64,000 nt of DNA from an uncultured Gaiellales bacterium (lineage in GTDB: Bacteria > Actinomycetota > Thermoleophilia > RBG-16-64-13): assembly GCA_964592075.1 (NCBI GenBank), contig CAZQDY010000003.1:43252-107251 (forward strand), written 5' to 3'. Of this stretch, positions 18,926 through 28,394 are shown piece by piece (positions within the stretch are counted from its first letter, which is position 1; every line of letters begins with the position of its first letter). The notes beneath the pieces are model-generated. The model saw only the letters and a program-made list of their open reading frames with translations. It was not told the origin of the DNA and did no database searches. A program made the position numbers and the translations under genes.

Positions 18926-20518
18926 TTGGAGGAGCAGCACGTGGACAAGCTCTGCTCGGTAGACGAAGCGGTTGGCCTCATCAGAGACTATGACACCGTG
19001 AACCTGGTGGCCTCGGGTGGAGGGTTCCAGGACGCGGAACTGGTCTATCAGGCTCTGGAAAGGCGCTTCTTGGAGACCGGCCGACCCAACAACCTCACGC
19101 TGGTGCACGTCACCGGGGTCGGCTGGGGCGATGAGACCGGCCTAGGCCGCCTGGCGCACAAGGGTCTGATCAAGAGGGTCATCGGAGGTCACTGGTTCTG
19201 GTCGAAGGTCATGAGCCAGCTCGCGATCGACGAGGAAATCGAGGCCTACAACCTGCCCCAGGGCGTCATGAGCCTACTGATGCGTGAGATCGCCGCCGGA
19301 CGGCCGGGGCTTCTGACCACGGTGGGCCTCAACACCTTCATCGATCCTCGTCTCGAGGGCGGGCGGATGAACAAGAGAGCGCAGGAACCGCTGGTCGAGT
19401 TGGTCGACTTCCAAGGCCGGGAGATGCTCTTCTACAAGTCGTTCCCCATCGATGTGTGCATCGTCCGCGGAACCACCGCCGACGAAGACGGCAACATCTC
19501 GGTAGAGCAAGAGGGACTGGATCTGCACCTACTCTCGGCGGCGCAGGCCACCTACAACAGCGGTGGGATCATCATCGCCCAGGTCAAGCGGATCGCACAG
19601 AGGGGGACGCTGCCGCCGCGCATGGTCCGCGTCCCGGCCCACATGGTGACCGCCGTGGTGGTCGACCCGGACCAATGGCAGACTGCCGAGGGCGAATACA
19701 ACCCTTCGTTGTGCGGCGAGATCAGGGTCCCCCTGCATGCCATGCCCAGCCTCGACTTCGGCATCCGCAAGTTCATCGCCCGCCGAGCCGCTCTGGAGTT
19801 GAGACCGGGGGCAGTGGTCAACTTGGGCATCGGTGTGGCGGACGGAGTGGCCAACATCGCGGCTGAAGAGGGCATCCTCGACGACTTCATCTTCAGCATC
19901 GAGATGGGTGTAGTGGGCGGGGTACCGTCGAAGGGCATCATCTTCGGAGCGACCTGGAACCCCGACTGCATCATGAGCATGCCCTCCCAGTTCGACTTCT
20001 ACCACGGCGGAGGGCTGGACATGGGCTTCCTGGGCATGGGTGAGACCGACGAACTGGGCAATGTCAACGTCAGCAAGCTCGGCCAGAGGATCACCGGCAG
20101 CGGTGGCTTCATCGATATCTCGCAGAACGCGAAGACCATGGTCTTCTGCGGCACCTTCACCAACGGAGACATCGAGGTCGACGTCAAAGACGGGCGTATC
20201 TCCATCGTCAAAGAGGGGACCGTCAAGAAGTTCCGCAAACGGGTGGAACAGGTGACGTTCAGCGGGGAGTACGCGGCTCGGATAGGCCAGCCGGTGCTCT
20301 ACGTCACCGAGCGCGCGGTCTTCAAGCTGGAGGGCGGTCGCATGGTCCTCACCGAGATAGCTCCCGGCATCGACCTGCAGAAAGACGTTCTCGCCCAGAT
20401 GGAGTTCGTTCCCGAGATCGCCGCCGACCTCGCAACCATGGACCCGGCCATCTTCAGGCCCGAGAAGCTGCGGGTGACCAATCCGGCGTTGTTCGGCGAC
20501 TTCCCGGCGCGTCCCTAG
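18926..20518 (+). CDS. Family I CoA-transferase, fused alpha+beta subunits (propionate/acetate CoA-transferase-like)
   Basis: 530 aa; N-terminal alpha-like region (VNLVASGGGFQDAELV) and beta-like region (GAVVNLGIGVADGVANIAAEEG...SIEMGVVGG) with the glutamate-containing loop. Confidence 0.75.
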   Translation: MEEQHVDKLCSVDEAVGLIRDYDTVNLVASGGGFQDAELVYQALERRFLETGRPNNLTLVHVTGVGWGDETGLGRLAHKGLIKRVIGGHWFWSKVMSQLAIDEEIEAYNLPQGVMSLLMREIAAGRPGLLTTVGLNTFIDPRLEGGRMNKRAQEPLVELVDFQGREMLFYKSFPIDVCIVRGTTADEDGNISVEQEGLDLHLLSAAQATYNSGGIIIAQVKRIAQRGTLPPRMVRVPAHMVTAVVVDPDQWQTAEGEYNPSLCGEIRVPLHAMPSLDFGIRKFIARRAALELRPGAVVNLGIGVADGVANIAAEEGILDDFIFSIEMGVVGGVPSKGIIFGATWNPDCIMSMPSQFDFYHGGGLDMGFLGMGETDELGNVNVSKLGQRITGSGGFIDISQNAKTMVFCGTFTNGDIEVDVKDGRISIVKEGTVKKFRKRVEQVTFSGEYAARIGQPVLYVTERAVFKLEGGRMVLTEIAPGIDLQKDVLAQMEFVPEIAADLATMDPAIFRPEKLRVTNPALFGDFPARP

Positions 20519-20567
20519 GACCGAAGCGTCCACCCTCGCAACCCGCTATTCCAGGAGCCTGCCCTCG

Positions 20568-21263
20568 ATGAGCGGAATCGGCACTCTTCGGGAAGACTCC
20601 CTACACGCGGCGCTCAAGGCCTGGTACGCGGAGCCGGGTGACCTGATCGAGTGCGAGGTCGACGGGTACGTGATCGATCTCGTTCGCGGCGATCTGCTCA
20701 TCGAGATCCAGACCGGCAACTTCTCCGCCCTCAAGCAGAAGCTGGCTCGATTGTTGGAGGCCCACTCCATCCGCGTGCTGTATCCGGTGGCGGTCGAGAA
20801 ATGGGTCGTCCGGATATCCCCCGACGGGGAGATGCTCGGAAGACGCAAGTCGCCCAAACACGGCAGGGTGGGCGACGTCTTCCATGAATTGGTGCACGTA
20901 GCAGCGCTGGTGAAGCATCCCCACCTCTCGCTCGAGGTGCTCCTCACACGCGAAGAGGCCGTCTGGCGCGAGGACGGCCTTGGGAGTTGGCGGCGCAAAG
21001 GGCGCAGCAAGGCAGACCGCCGCCTGCTGGAGGTGGTCTCGAGCTCCTCGTTCGAAGGGCCGGAGGATTTCCTTGCCCTCCTGCCGGCGGGGCTTCCAGA
21101 GGTGTTCACGGTGCCCGACCTGTCGGAGTTCACCGGCGAACCACCCCGCAGATCGCAAAAGACAGCCTACTGTCTTCGCGAGATGGGCGTGACCGAAGTC
21201 ATGGGGAAGCGGGGACGGGCTCCGGAATACCGGGTGGCTCCGGAATACCGGCAGACGCCCTGA
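20568..21263 (+). CDS. Hypothetical protein, possible PD-(D/E)XK nuclease-like fold
   Basis: ECEVDGYVIDLVRGDLLIEIQTGNF resembles a D...E-x-(K/Q) restriction-endonuclease-like core. The C-terminus contains an 18-bp tandem duplication (APEYRV/APEYRQ). Confidence 0.4.
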   Translation: MSGIGTLREDSLHAALKAWYAEPGDLIECEVDGYVIDLVRGDLLIEIQTGNFSALKQKLARLLEAHSIRVLYPVAVEKWVVRISPDGEMLGRRKSPKHGRVGDVFHELVHVAALVKHPHLSLEVLLTREEAVWREDGLGSWRRKGRSKADRRLLEVVSSSSFEGPEDFLALLPAGLPEVFTVPDLSEFTGEPPRRSQKTAYCLREMGVTEVMGKRGRAPEYRVAPEYRQTP

Positions 21264-21319
21264 TGCTGACCGACGTCGTGGTGGCGTCCGACGCCCTCGG
21301 AGCGGCCTCCGACTCGCCG

Positions 21320-22804
21320 CTAGCGAGCCAGGACCGTCTCTCCTTGGGCCGTCTTGAGCACCCCGTCTTCCCAGAGGAACGTCCAGTCCGCGGTCTCCGT
21401 CCCGCCGCTGCCGTACGATTCCAGCCTGAGGACGATGCGGGCGGTGTTCGCGTAGGCGGGTTGCGCGAGGACGCCGAGGAGTTCGTCCGCCGAGCGCACA
21501 CTCGGCGCCGTCTGGTCGTTCAGCTCGGCTATGAGCGCACCGCCGGCGTCGTACAGCAGCATGGTGGCACGGCCCCCGCTGCCGCCGTCCCCGAGGCCCA
21601 CCGCGTCGGTGCCCAACACCCGACTCGGCCCGAGGTCGGAGATACCTACCTTTTCCGACGCGCCCACGACGTGTCCTTTGACATTGATCGCGTTCGAGTA
21701 GTTGCGAAGCGCGCCGCCGCCCAGAGACGGGATGAAGCGGACCTTGCCCCCGGACCATATCGCGGCGTAGACCACACAATCCTCACGCTCGAGATCGATT
21801 CTCCCAACCTCACCTACGATGTCCCCCACGAGGTTGATGTCCCGCGCGGCGCTGAACTCCATGCCATCCGGTAACGGCAGCAACGTCATCCTTCCGCAGG
21901 ACCAACTCACAGCCAAAGGAAAGGTCATGGGATCCCCAAGGAACGACCCAGCGTCGTTGGACCAACCTGCGCCGGTCAGACAGTCATTGAGCCCCTCCAC
22001 CGCGCTGTCCAATTCCTCCTCAGTATCGACCTCGCGCAGAGTGGTGGAGCAGAGCCGGTTGTACAGCCAGGGATCGCTGGCATCCCCATCGTCTTCGACC
22101 CACCCCCCGATGCAGCCCAGGGCATTCACCACGTAGGCCTCGCCGGCGTCAGCGAACTCCTTCACAAGGCCGCACCGCCACGAGAATGGGTGAGTAGTCT
22201 CGTCCGTCGTGTAGCGGTCGGCCGCCTGCCCCTTGTCCACCGCGTCCCGTGTGAAGCTGCCCACTACCTGCCCCAGGTTGTTGATGTCCCACGCCCGGCT
22301 GCTCGTCCAGGTTCGCTTGGCCAGGTCGCGAGCTCTGCCCAAGCTCCACAGTACGGCGTGAGAGCTGTAGGACTCATCCAACTCCCAGCCGACCACCTGC
22401 CCCAGATCATTGATGGCCAGAGCAGCAGACTCTCCACCCCAGAGGCTCGGCAACCGGTACATCTTGCCGTACTTCCACATCACGGCACGGTTGATCCCGT
22501 TCTCATCCTCGGCCCAACCGACCGCCCAATCCCAGGCATTCACGTCGTTCGCTTCGCTGAAAGTCCCGCCCAGGGTGTTCGGCAACTCCGTCACAGTGTG
22601 GCCGTCCCACAGGTACGCGTGAGGGTCGGCAAGGTACGCGTGAGTGTCTATGGCGCAACCCGGCATGAGCAGGCCCAGGAAGACCAAGAGCACCACTGCC
22701 GATGCCGCAACGAGAGCGCGCCTACGGGAACCAAGCTTCAACTGCACGAGAAACCTCCCCGGGATTCGGGCCGGACTGCCTGTGACTCTAGTACAACGGG
22801 GCAC
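21320..22804 (-). CDS. HAF-family extracellular repeat lipoprotein
   Basis: Signal peptide plus lipobox (LLVFLGLLMPGCA). Repeated units of the form AxAINDLGQVVG / AWDINNLGQVVG / ARDINLVGDIVG / SNAINVKGHVVG are typical of HAF repeats. Exact start uncertain. Confidence 0.6.
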   Translation of the reverse strand: MPRCTRVTGSPARIPGRFLVQLKLGSRRRALVAASAVVLLVFLGLLMPGCAIDTHAYLADPHAYLWDGHTVTELPNTLGGTFSEANDVNAWDWAVGWAEDENGINRAVMWKYGKMYRLPSLWGGESAALAINDLGQVVGWELDESYSSHAVLWSLGRARDLAKRTWTSSRAWDINNLGQVVGSFTRDAVDKGQAADRYTTDETTHPFSWRCGLVKEFADAGEAYVVNALGCIGGWVEDDGDASDPWLYNRLCSTTLREVDTEEELDSAVEGLNDCLTGAGWSNDAGSFLGDPMTFPLAVSWSCGRMTLLPLPDGMEFSAARDINLVGDIVGEVGRIDLEREDCVVYAAIWSGGKVRFIPSLGGGALRNYSNAINVKGHVVGASEKVGISDLGPSRVLGTDAVGLGDGGSGGRATMLLYDAGGALIAELNDQTAPSVRSADELLGVLAQPAYANTARIVLRLESYGSGGTETADWTFLWEDGVLKTAQGETVLAR

Positions 22805-22961
22805 TTCAAGTCAAATCGAGCGTCTGTTTCCGTCTGGGAGTCCGGTGCTAGACTGGACTTGACTGTCATGACCAGCCCATTCGCACCGGGGAGCGATGGC
22901 GCGGGCACGCCGCAGGCAGATCCTTCGGACGGTCCTACTCGTCACGAGAGGTGAAGACGCT

Positions 22962-24524
22962 ATGGCAGACAACGGATCGAAGTCGAAGACGGTTCAGCTC
23001 ATGGTGCGGACACTATCGACGGCGTCGACGCCCCAGCTGGCTTGGCTTGTCAAGAACCGGCTGGTACAGAGGCTCGTGGTCCGTACGGTGAAGAAGCAGC
23101 TCTTGAACTCACTCAAGGACCCCAGTGCGGACTCCGGCTATCTGCCGAGCGTCAAGGAAGACCGCGTGATCATGGGCATATCCATCATGGAGTCCATACG
23201 TCGCGGCCTCAAGAACAAACAGTTCTCCGACTCCTACATCCGAGGATTGCTCCAAGTCTTCGTCAAGACGCTCTTCGTCGATCGAGGCAACCCGGAACAG
23301 CGGAGGCAGTTCCAGGAAGCCTTCGGCAAGATGGCTCCCACCTTCCTTCTTCTGGCTCCGGGAAAAGCCTGCAATCTGCGCTGCCCAGGCTGCTATTCCG
23401 ACTCCGACGACAACAGAAACCACCTCGAGTGGAGCCTGTTCGACCGCATCGTGGACGAGGCCAAGACTCTGTGGGGAGAACGCTTCTTCGTCATCAGCGG
23501 AGGCGAGCCCTTCGCCTATCGTTCAGAGGGCAAGGATCTCATCGATCTCTTCGAGAAGCACAACGACTGCTTCTTCATAGTGTTCACCAACGGCACTCTC
23601 ATCAACGACGAAGTCGGCGGGCGCCTCACCAAGGCCGGTAACGCGCTCCTGTGTGTCTCCATCGAGGGATTCCGGGAGCTCACCGACGCGCGGCGCGGCG
23701 ATGGGATGTTCGACAAGATCGTGGAAACTATGGGCCGTCTCAAGCGCGACAAGATACCTTTCGGGGTCTCGCTGATGGCGACACGCCAAAACACCGAAGA
23801 GATCCTGTCGGATGAGTTCATGGACTTCATCATGGGCAAAGGTGCTCTCCTGGCCTTCGTCTTCCACTACATGCCCATCGGGCGTTCGTTCAGCATCGAG
23901 CTGATGCCCACCGCAGAGCAGCGGGCCTGGATGTGGAAGCGCTCTTGGGAGATCGTGCGGGAGCGAGAGTTCTTCATGCCGGATTTCTGGAACCACGGCA
24001 CCTGTGTCGACGGCTGCCTGGCGGCCGGCGGGCACGGTCAGGGCGGCTACTTCTACATCGACTGGAACGGGGCCGTGACACCCTGTGTCTTCATGCCTTA
24101 CTCCCCGGTCAATATCCGTGACGCATACGCCCAGGGCAAGACTCTGAACGACGTTTGGCAACACCCGTTCTTCCAGGCCGTACGTCAGTGGGAGTACGAC
24201 TATGTGGACGACGGTCGCAGCATGATCTCGCCGTGCCCCAACCGCGACCACCACGACGAGCTGGAGCGGCTGCTGATGAAGTATGAGTTGGAACCGACCG
24301 ACAGCAACGCCGCCGACACGCTTGTCGACCCCGAGTACACCGCGGGGCTGGTGGCCTACAACCGGCGTTTCGAGGCGATCGCCGACTCCATCTGGAAGAC
24401 CCGCTACCTAGATCGAAAGACCTGCGACGGCGCCTTCGCACCGCTGCCGGACGTGCCGGACATCGCGGCCGCCGAGAAGGCGGAGAAGTGCGCGGCGTCG
24501 GAGCGTGCCGGGACGCAGAGCTGA
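22962..24524 (+). CDS. Radical SAM enzyme with SPASM/twitch-like C-terminal Cys-rich domain and ~125-aa N-terminal extension
   Basis: CNLRCPGCY (CX3CX2C) at about residue 130, and a downstream Cys cluster HGTCVDGCLAAGGHGQGGYFYIDWNGAVTPCVF. Start at MADNGSK (ATG 22962) with GAGGTGA upstream. Confidence 0.8.
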   Translation: MADNGSKSKTVQLMVRTLSTASTPQLAWLVKNRLVQRLVVRTVKKQLLNSLKDPSADSGYLPSVKEDRVIMGISIMESIRRGLKNKQFSDSYIRGLLQVFVKTLFVDRGNPEQRRQFQEAFGKMAPTFLLLAPGKACNLRCPGCYSDSDDNRNHLEWSLFDRIVDEAKTLWGERFFVISGGEPFAYRSEGKDLIDLFEKHNDCFFIVFTNGTLINDEVGGRLTKAGNALLCVSIEGFRELTDARRGDGMFDKIVETMGRLKRDKIPFGVSLMATRQNTEEILSDEFMDFIMGKGALLAFVFHYMPIGRSFSIELMPTAEQRAWMWKRSWEIVREREFFMPDFWNHGTCVDGCLAAGGHGQGGYFYIDWNGAVTPCVFMPYSPVNIRDAYAQGKTLNDVWQHPFFQAVRQWEYDYVDDGRSMISPCPNRDHHDELERLLMKYELEPTDSNAADTLVDPEYTAGLVAYNRRFEAIADSIWKTRYLDRKTCDGAFAPLPDVPDIAAAEKAEKCAASERAGTQS

Positions 24525-24670
24525 AAGGCCTGCTTCACGACGCGCGCCGGGTGAGAAGCAGTCCGCGCACGGTCAGGATGGCGCGCACGGCCACCTTCAT
24601 GACCACCCAGTTGTAGCCCCAGACGAGCGCGAGAAACGCCAGCGCCAGAAACGGAAGGTACGCGGTGTGT

Positions 24671-24725
24671 CGGGGGGCGGAGCCTGTCACCGCGAGACTC
24701 TCGCCGTGACAGGCTCCGCCCCCCG
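24671..24725. terminator. 55-nt near-perfect palindrome between convergent genes (putative bidirectional terminator / structured element)
   Basis: cggggggcggagcctgtcac-cgcgaga-c-tctcgc-c-gtgacaggctccgccccccg gives a 27-bp stem with one C-C mismatch. There is no U-tract on either side. It overlaps the last codons of the aminotransferase ORF. Confidence 0.45.
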
Positions 24726-25892
24726 AAGGATGCTCCCCAGACCCTTGACCAGACGCCGCACCCCTTCCGTCACGGTCTCCTCCGTGAGCGCTCCGTACGA
24801 CACCCGCAGGTAGCAGCCCTCGTTCAACCCGAAGGTGGTCCCCGGGATGACCGCGACACCGTACTCGCGCACCAACCGCTCGACCAGCTCCATCGCGCCC
24901 AGCGCCGTGTCCACGCGCAGCAGCACGTAGAAAGCGCCTTCGGCCGCCGGGACGGCACAAAGATCCCGGATGGTGTCCAATTCCTCCAGGACCCGTCCTC
25001 GAACCGAGGCGATAGAAGCCAGCTTCGAGCGGCAGTACTCACGCCCCACCTGCAACGCCCCCACGGCGGCGTGCTGCGATATCACCGGCGCGCAGATGAG
25101 AAGAGTGTCCTGGATCTTCTCGACCGACTGGAACAGATGACTTGGCATGACCATGTAGCCAACACGCCAGCTGGCGAATCCATACGCCTTAGAGAGCGAG
25201 AAGAGCGAGATGGTATGGCCGGCGCTCCCCTCGATCGACCCTGGGGAGAAGTGACGCGCGTCGCCATACGTGAAGTACTCGTAGGCCTCGTCGCTCACGT
25301 GGTAAAGGCCGTGCAGGCGGCATATCTCGTTTACCTCGCGGAGCGCGTCTTCGCTGTACACGGCGCCGGACGGGTTGTTGGGCGATATGGTGACCACGGC
25401 CCGGGTCCTCGGAGTGACCGCCCGCCGGATGGCGTCCGGTCGCAACCGGTAGTGGTCGTCCGTGCCCACCGGGACCGGGCGGCAGCCGGCCATGGTTATG
25501 GCCATCTCGTGGTTGAAGTAGTACGGAGTCTGGAGGATGACTTCGTCACCCAGGTCGGTGACGGCCAGAAGCGCGTTCACAAAGCCCAGGTTCGCGCCCG
25601 CCGTCACCACGACGGCGCTCTCCGGGCCGGCTGTGATGCCGTTCTCAGACCGCAGCTTGGCTGAGAGAGCCTCGAGCAAGGGCGAGATCCCGTGCACCGC
25701 CTTGTACTTGTGGTTCTCGGGATCGGCCAGGAAGGTCCCGATATGATCGATCGCCTCCCGAGGAGGGCCGTAGTGCACGACCCCTTGCCCCAGGGAGATC
25801 GCGCCGGGGTGCTTCCTGATCAGCGCCGCCACGCCCGGGATGATGGGCGTCTGGACCGCCTGCATGCGCAGCGGATGAACTCTGGTTCCCAT
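24687..25892 (-). CDS. PLP-dependent aminotransferase class I/II
   Basis: NNPSGAVYS, the PLP-lysine motif SLSKAYGFASWRVGY, and a C-terminal arginine region. Confidence 0.8.
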   Translation of the reverse strand: MGTRVHPLRMQAVQTPIIPGVAALIRKHPGAISLGQGVVHYGPPREAIDHIGTFLADPENHKYKAVHGISPLLEALSAKLRSENGITAGPESAVVVTAGANLGFVNALLAVTDLGDEVILQTPYYFNHEMAITMAGCRPVPVGTDDHYRLRPDAIRRAVTPRTRAVVTISPNNPSGAVYSEDALREVNEICRLHGLYHVSDEAYEYFTYGDARHFSPGSIEGSAGHTISLFSLSKAYGFASWRVGYMVMPSHLFQSVEKIQDTLLICAPVISQHAAVGALQVGREYCRSKLASIASVRGRVLEELDTIRDLCAVPAAEGAFYVLLRVDTALGAMELVERLVREYGVAVIPGTTFGLNEGCYLRVSYGALTEETVTEGVRRLVKGLGSILRGAEPVTARVSR

Positions 25893-25894
25893 GT

Positions 25895-27880
25895 CTAACT
25901 CTCCGTCGAATCGGCTGACTCTTCCAGCTCTTCCCACAGCAGATACGCGTCGTCGAGCTCGCGCTGAAGCTCCTCGAGTCGCGCGTTGGCCAAGGCCACC
26001 CGAGCCGCGTCGCTCTCGGCATAGAACTCCGGGGAGCTAAGGGCGGCGATGATATCCGTCTGCTCTTTCTCCAGCTCCTCTATCCTCGCCGGCAGGGCGT
26101 CGAGCTGCCGGGCTTGCTTGAAGGAGAGCTTGCGTTTCCGCTGCGGAATACCCACGCGCTGGGACCTGTCCCGCGGAGGCTTCCCGCTGCGGGAATTTCC
26201 GAGAGCGGGCGGCTTCTCCACCTTGTCCGACGTCATGCGAGCGGCCTTCGGTCCGGTCGGCGCCGAGCGTCCCTGCCTCTGCCACAGCCAGTCATCATAT
26301 CCGCCTGCGTACTCGCCCAGCCGGCCGCCGCCCTCGAACACGAGCGTGGAGGTGACGACGTTGTTGAGGAAGGCCCGGTCGTGACTCACAAGCAAGATGG
26401 TGCCGCTGTAGGTGAGAAGGCGCTCTTCCAGGAGCGCCAGGGTCTCGGCGTCCAGATCGTTGGTCGGTTCGTCGAGCACCAGCACGTTCGACGGGATGCT
26501 GAACAGCCTGGCCAGCAGCAGACGATTGCGCTCACCGCCGGAGAGCAGACGGACAGGGGCATGGATCTGTTCGCGGGAGAACAGGAAGTCCTCGAGGTAC
26601 CCGACCACGTGGCGGGATCTCCCGCCCGTGAAGACCGTGTTGCCGCCGTCGGCCACGCTGTCTCGCACCGTCCGCTCGTCCTCCAGGCGGGTCCGGAGCT
26701 GGTCGAAGTAGGCGATCTCCAGACCTGTCCCCATACGGACCCGCCCCTGTTGTGGCGTCAACTCCCCGAGTAGCACCTTGAGCAGAGTGGTCTTGCCCGC
26801 TCCGTTGGGGCCGAGGATGCCCACTCTGTCTCCGCGGATGACGGCCGTGGAGAAGTCCTCGAGGATGCTCTTTTCATCGTAGGAGAACGACACCTTCTCG
26901 GCCTCCGCCACAAGCCGCCCGCTGCGTTCGGCCTCCGCGATGGCGATCTTGGCGTTCCCCATGCGCTCCCGGCGGAGCTGCCGTTCGACCCTCAGCTGCT
27001 CTAAGGCCCGCACCCGGCCCTCGTTGCGCGTGCGCCGGGCCTTGATCCCCTGCCGGATCCAGACCTCCTCCTTGGAGAGCTTCTTGTCGAACTCCCGCCG
27101 GGCCTTCTCCTCGGCATCCAACAGAGCCTGACGCCGCTCCAGGTAGGTGTCGTAGCGACAGCCGAAGGACAGAAGCCGGCCCCGGTCGATCTCCACGATC
27201 CGAGTGGCGATCCTCTGCAGAAAGGCGCGGTCGTGGGTGACGAAGACGATGGTCTTGTTGAGCCTGAGGAGGAAGTCCTCCAGCCACACGATCGTGTCGA
27301 TGTCCAGGTGGTTGGTCGGCTCGTCCAGCAGAAGCACGTCCGGCTCGTTTGCGAGGGCCGCGGCCAGCAGCACGCGGCGCTTCCTGCCGGCCGAGAGCAG
27401 CCGGAACTCCGCGGTCGCTTCGAGTCCGTTCAGAGATATCGCCGTCTCCACCTGCTGGTGGAAATGCCAGGCGCCGGCCGTCTCCAACCGCTGCTGGACC
27501 TGCTCCAGTTCCTTGAGAAGACCGGCGCTCGAATGCTCCGCACCGCCTACCTTGGCGAGCCGCACGGTCAAGTCATGATATTGCCGCAGCAGATCGAGGT
27601 GCTCCCGTCCCCCCGAAGCGACGACATCGTAGACCGTTCCCGGCAGATCGTCGGGAACGTCCTGGGGGAGGAGCGAGACCCGGATGCCGGGTTCTCTGAC
27701 GATCTCGCCGGAGTCGGCGGCGATTCGACCGGCGAGGACATTGAGTAGCGTGGACTTACCGGCGCCGTTACGTCCCAAGAGACCGATCCGTTCGCCGGCC
27801 TCGATGGTAAGCGCCGCTCCGTCCAGGAGCAGTGGTCCGCCCAGGCTCAACGACAGGTCATGGATCCTTATCTGGGCCAC
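25895..27880 (-). CDS. ABC-F family ATPase (Uup/EttA-like, two ABC domains plus C-terminal coiled-coil)
   Basis: Two Walker A motifs ([28 protein letters not shown]), two LSGGE signatures, a linker between domains and a C-terminal charged coiled-coil. Start assigned to GTG at [13 protein letters not shown] by comparison with the Uup N-terminus; an upstream ATG at 27938-27940 is also possible. Confidence 0.75.
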   Translation of the reverse strand: MAQIRIHDLSLSLGGPLLLDGAALTIEAGERIGLLGRNGAGKSTLLNVLAGRIAADSGEIVREPGIRVSLLPQDVPDDLPGTVYDVVASGGREHLDLLRQYHDLTVRLAKVGGAEHSSAGLLKELEQVQQRLETAGAWHFHQQVETAISLNGLEATAEFRLLSAGRKRRVLLAAALANEPDVLLLDEPTNHLDIDTIVWLEDFLLRLNKTIVFVTHDRAFLQRIATRIVEIDRGRLLSFGCRYDTYLERRQALLDAEEKARREFDKKLSKEEVWIRQGIKARRTRNEGRVRALEQLRVERQLRRERMGNAKIAIAEAERSGRLVAEAEKVSFSYDEKSILEDFSTAVIRGDRVGILGPNGAGKTTLLKVLLGELTPQQGRVRMGTGLEIAYFDQLRTRLEDERTVRDSVADGGNTVFTGGRSRHVVGYLEDFLFSREQIHAPVRLLSGGERNRLLLARLFSIPSNVLVLDEPTNDLDAETLALLEERLLTYSGTILLVSHDRAFLNNVVTSTLVFEGGGRLGEYAGGYDDWLWQRQGRSAPTGPKAARMTSDKVEKPPALGNSRSGKPPRDRSQRVGIPQRKRKLSFKQARQLDALPARIEELEKEQTDIIAALSSPEFYAESDAARVALANARLEELQRELDDAYLLWEELEESADSTES

Positions 27881-27938
27881 CGGCAACAGTCCTCTGGTCT
27901 CATGAACAGGCGCCCGTTCATGCGGTAAGGTAGGAGGC

Positions 27939-28208
27939 ATGGACGATGATACAAGACAGGGGTTCGAGCAACTCAGACTGGATGCGACCGTCACAGGCCC
28001 GGGTATGCGGACCGAAGACCCATACGAACCCGGGACCCAGGTGAAGATCGAGAGCCAGCGCGGGACCTTCACCTACAGATACGCGACCGTCAGCCGGTCC
28101 GGAGCGGTGAGCCTGCATCTCGCGCGAGACGGCATGTCCCGAGCCGTCCGGCCTGATCAGGTCACCCTGGTGCGGAAGCCTCAGAACTGCGAATCCCCCA
28201 AGAAATGA
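27939..28208 (+). CDS. Small hypothetical protein (89 aa) with strong RBS
   Basis: ATG 27939 preceded by TAGGAGG 4 nt upstream; GC3-rich coding style; no recognisable domain. Confidence 0.45.
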   Translation: MDDDTRQGFEQLRLDATVTGPGMRTEDPYEPGTQVKIESQRGTFTYRYATVSRSGAVSLHLARDGMSRAVRPDQVTLVRKPQNCESPKK

Positions 28209-28394
28209 TACATTCTTCCGGCGCCGGCCGGTATCGATCGACCGCTCTTCATCCAACCGCGACGGAGGTCTCTGTCATGAGATCACCATGGACGATCCCA
28301 CAGCCCAGCGGGTCATGGACAGACTCTAGTCCCAGCTTCTGGCCGGCGAAGACCAGGCGCATCATCTGACACCGAGAGCCCGGGAGACCGTCGC

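Noticed and set aside
22190-22954. 254-aa plus-strand ORF overlapping the HAF-repeat gene
   Set aside because: It is antisense to a gene with strong repeat-family evidence. Only its last 28 codons (22868-22954) are discussed, as a speculative small ORF.
24505-24960. Mirror-image ORFs (102 and 141 aa) spanning the 55-nt palindrome, both containing ...ACH(G/R)E(S/T)LAVTGSAP...
   Set aside because: The identical peptide on both strands is a direct consequence of the palindrome, not of coding.
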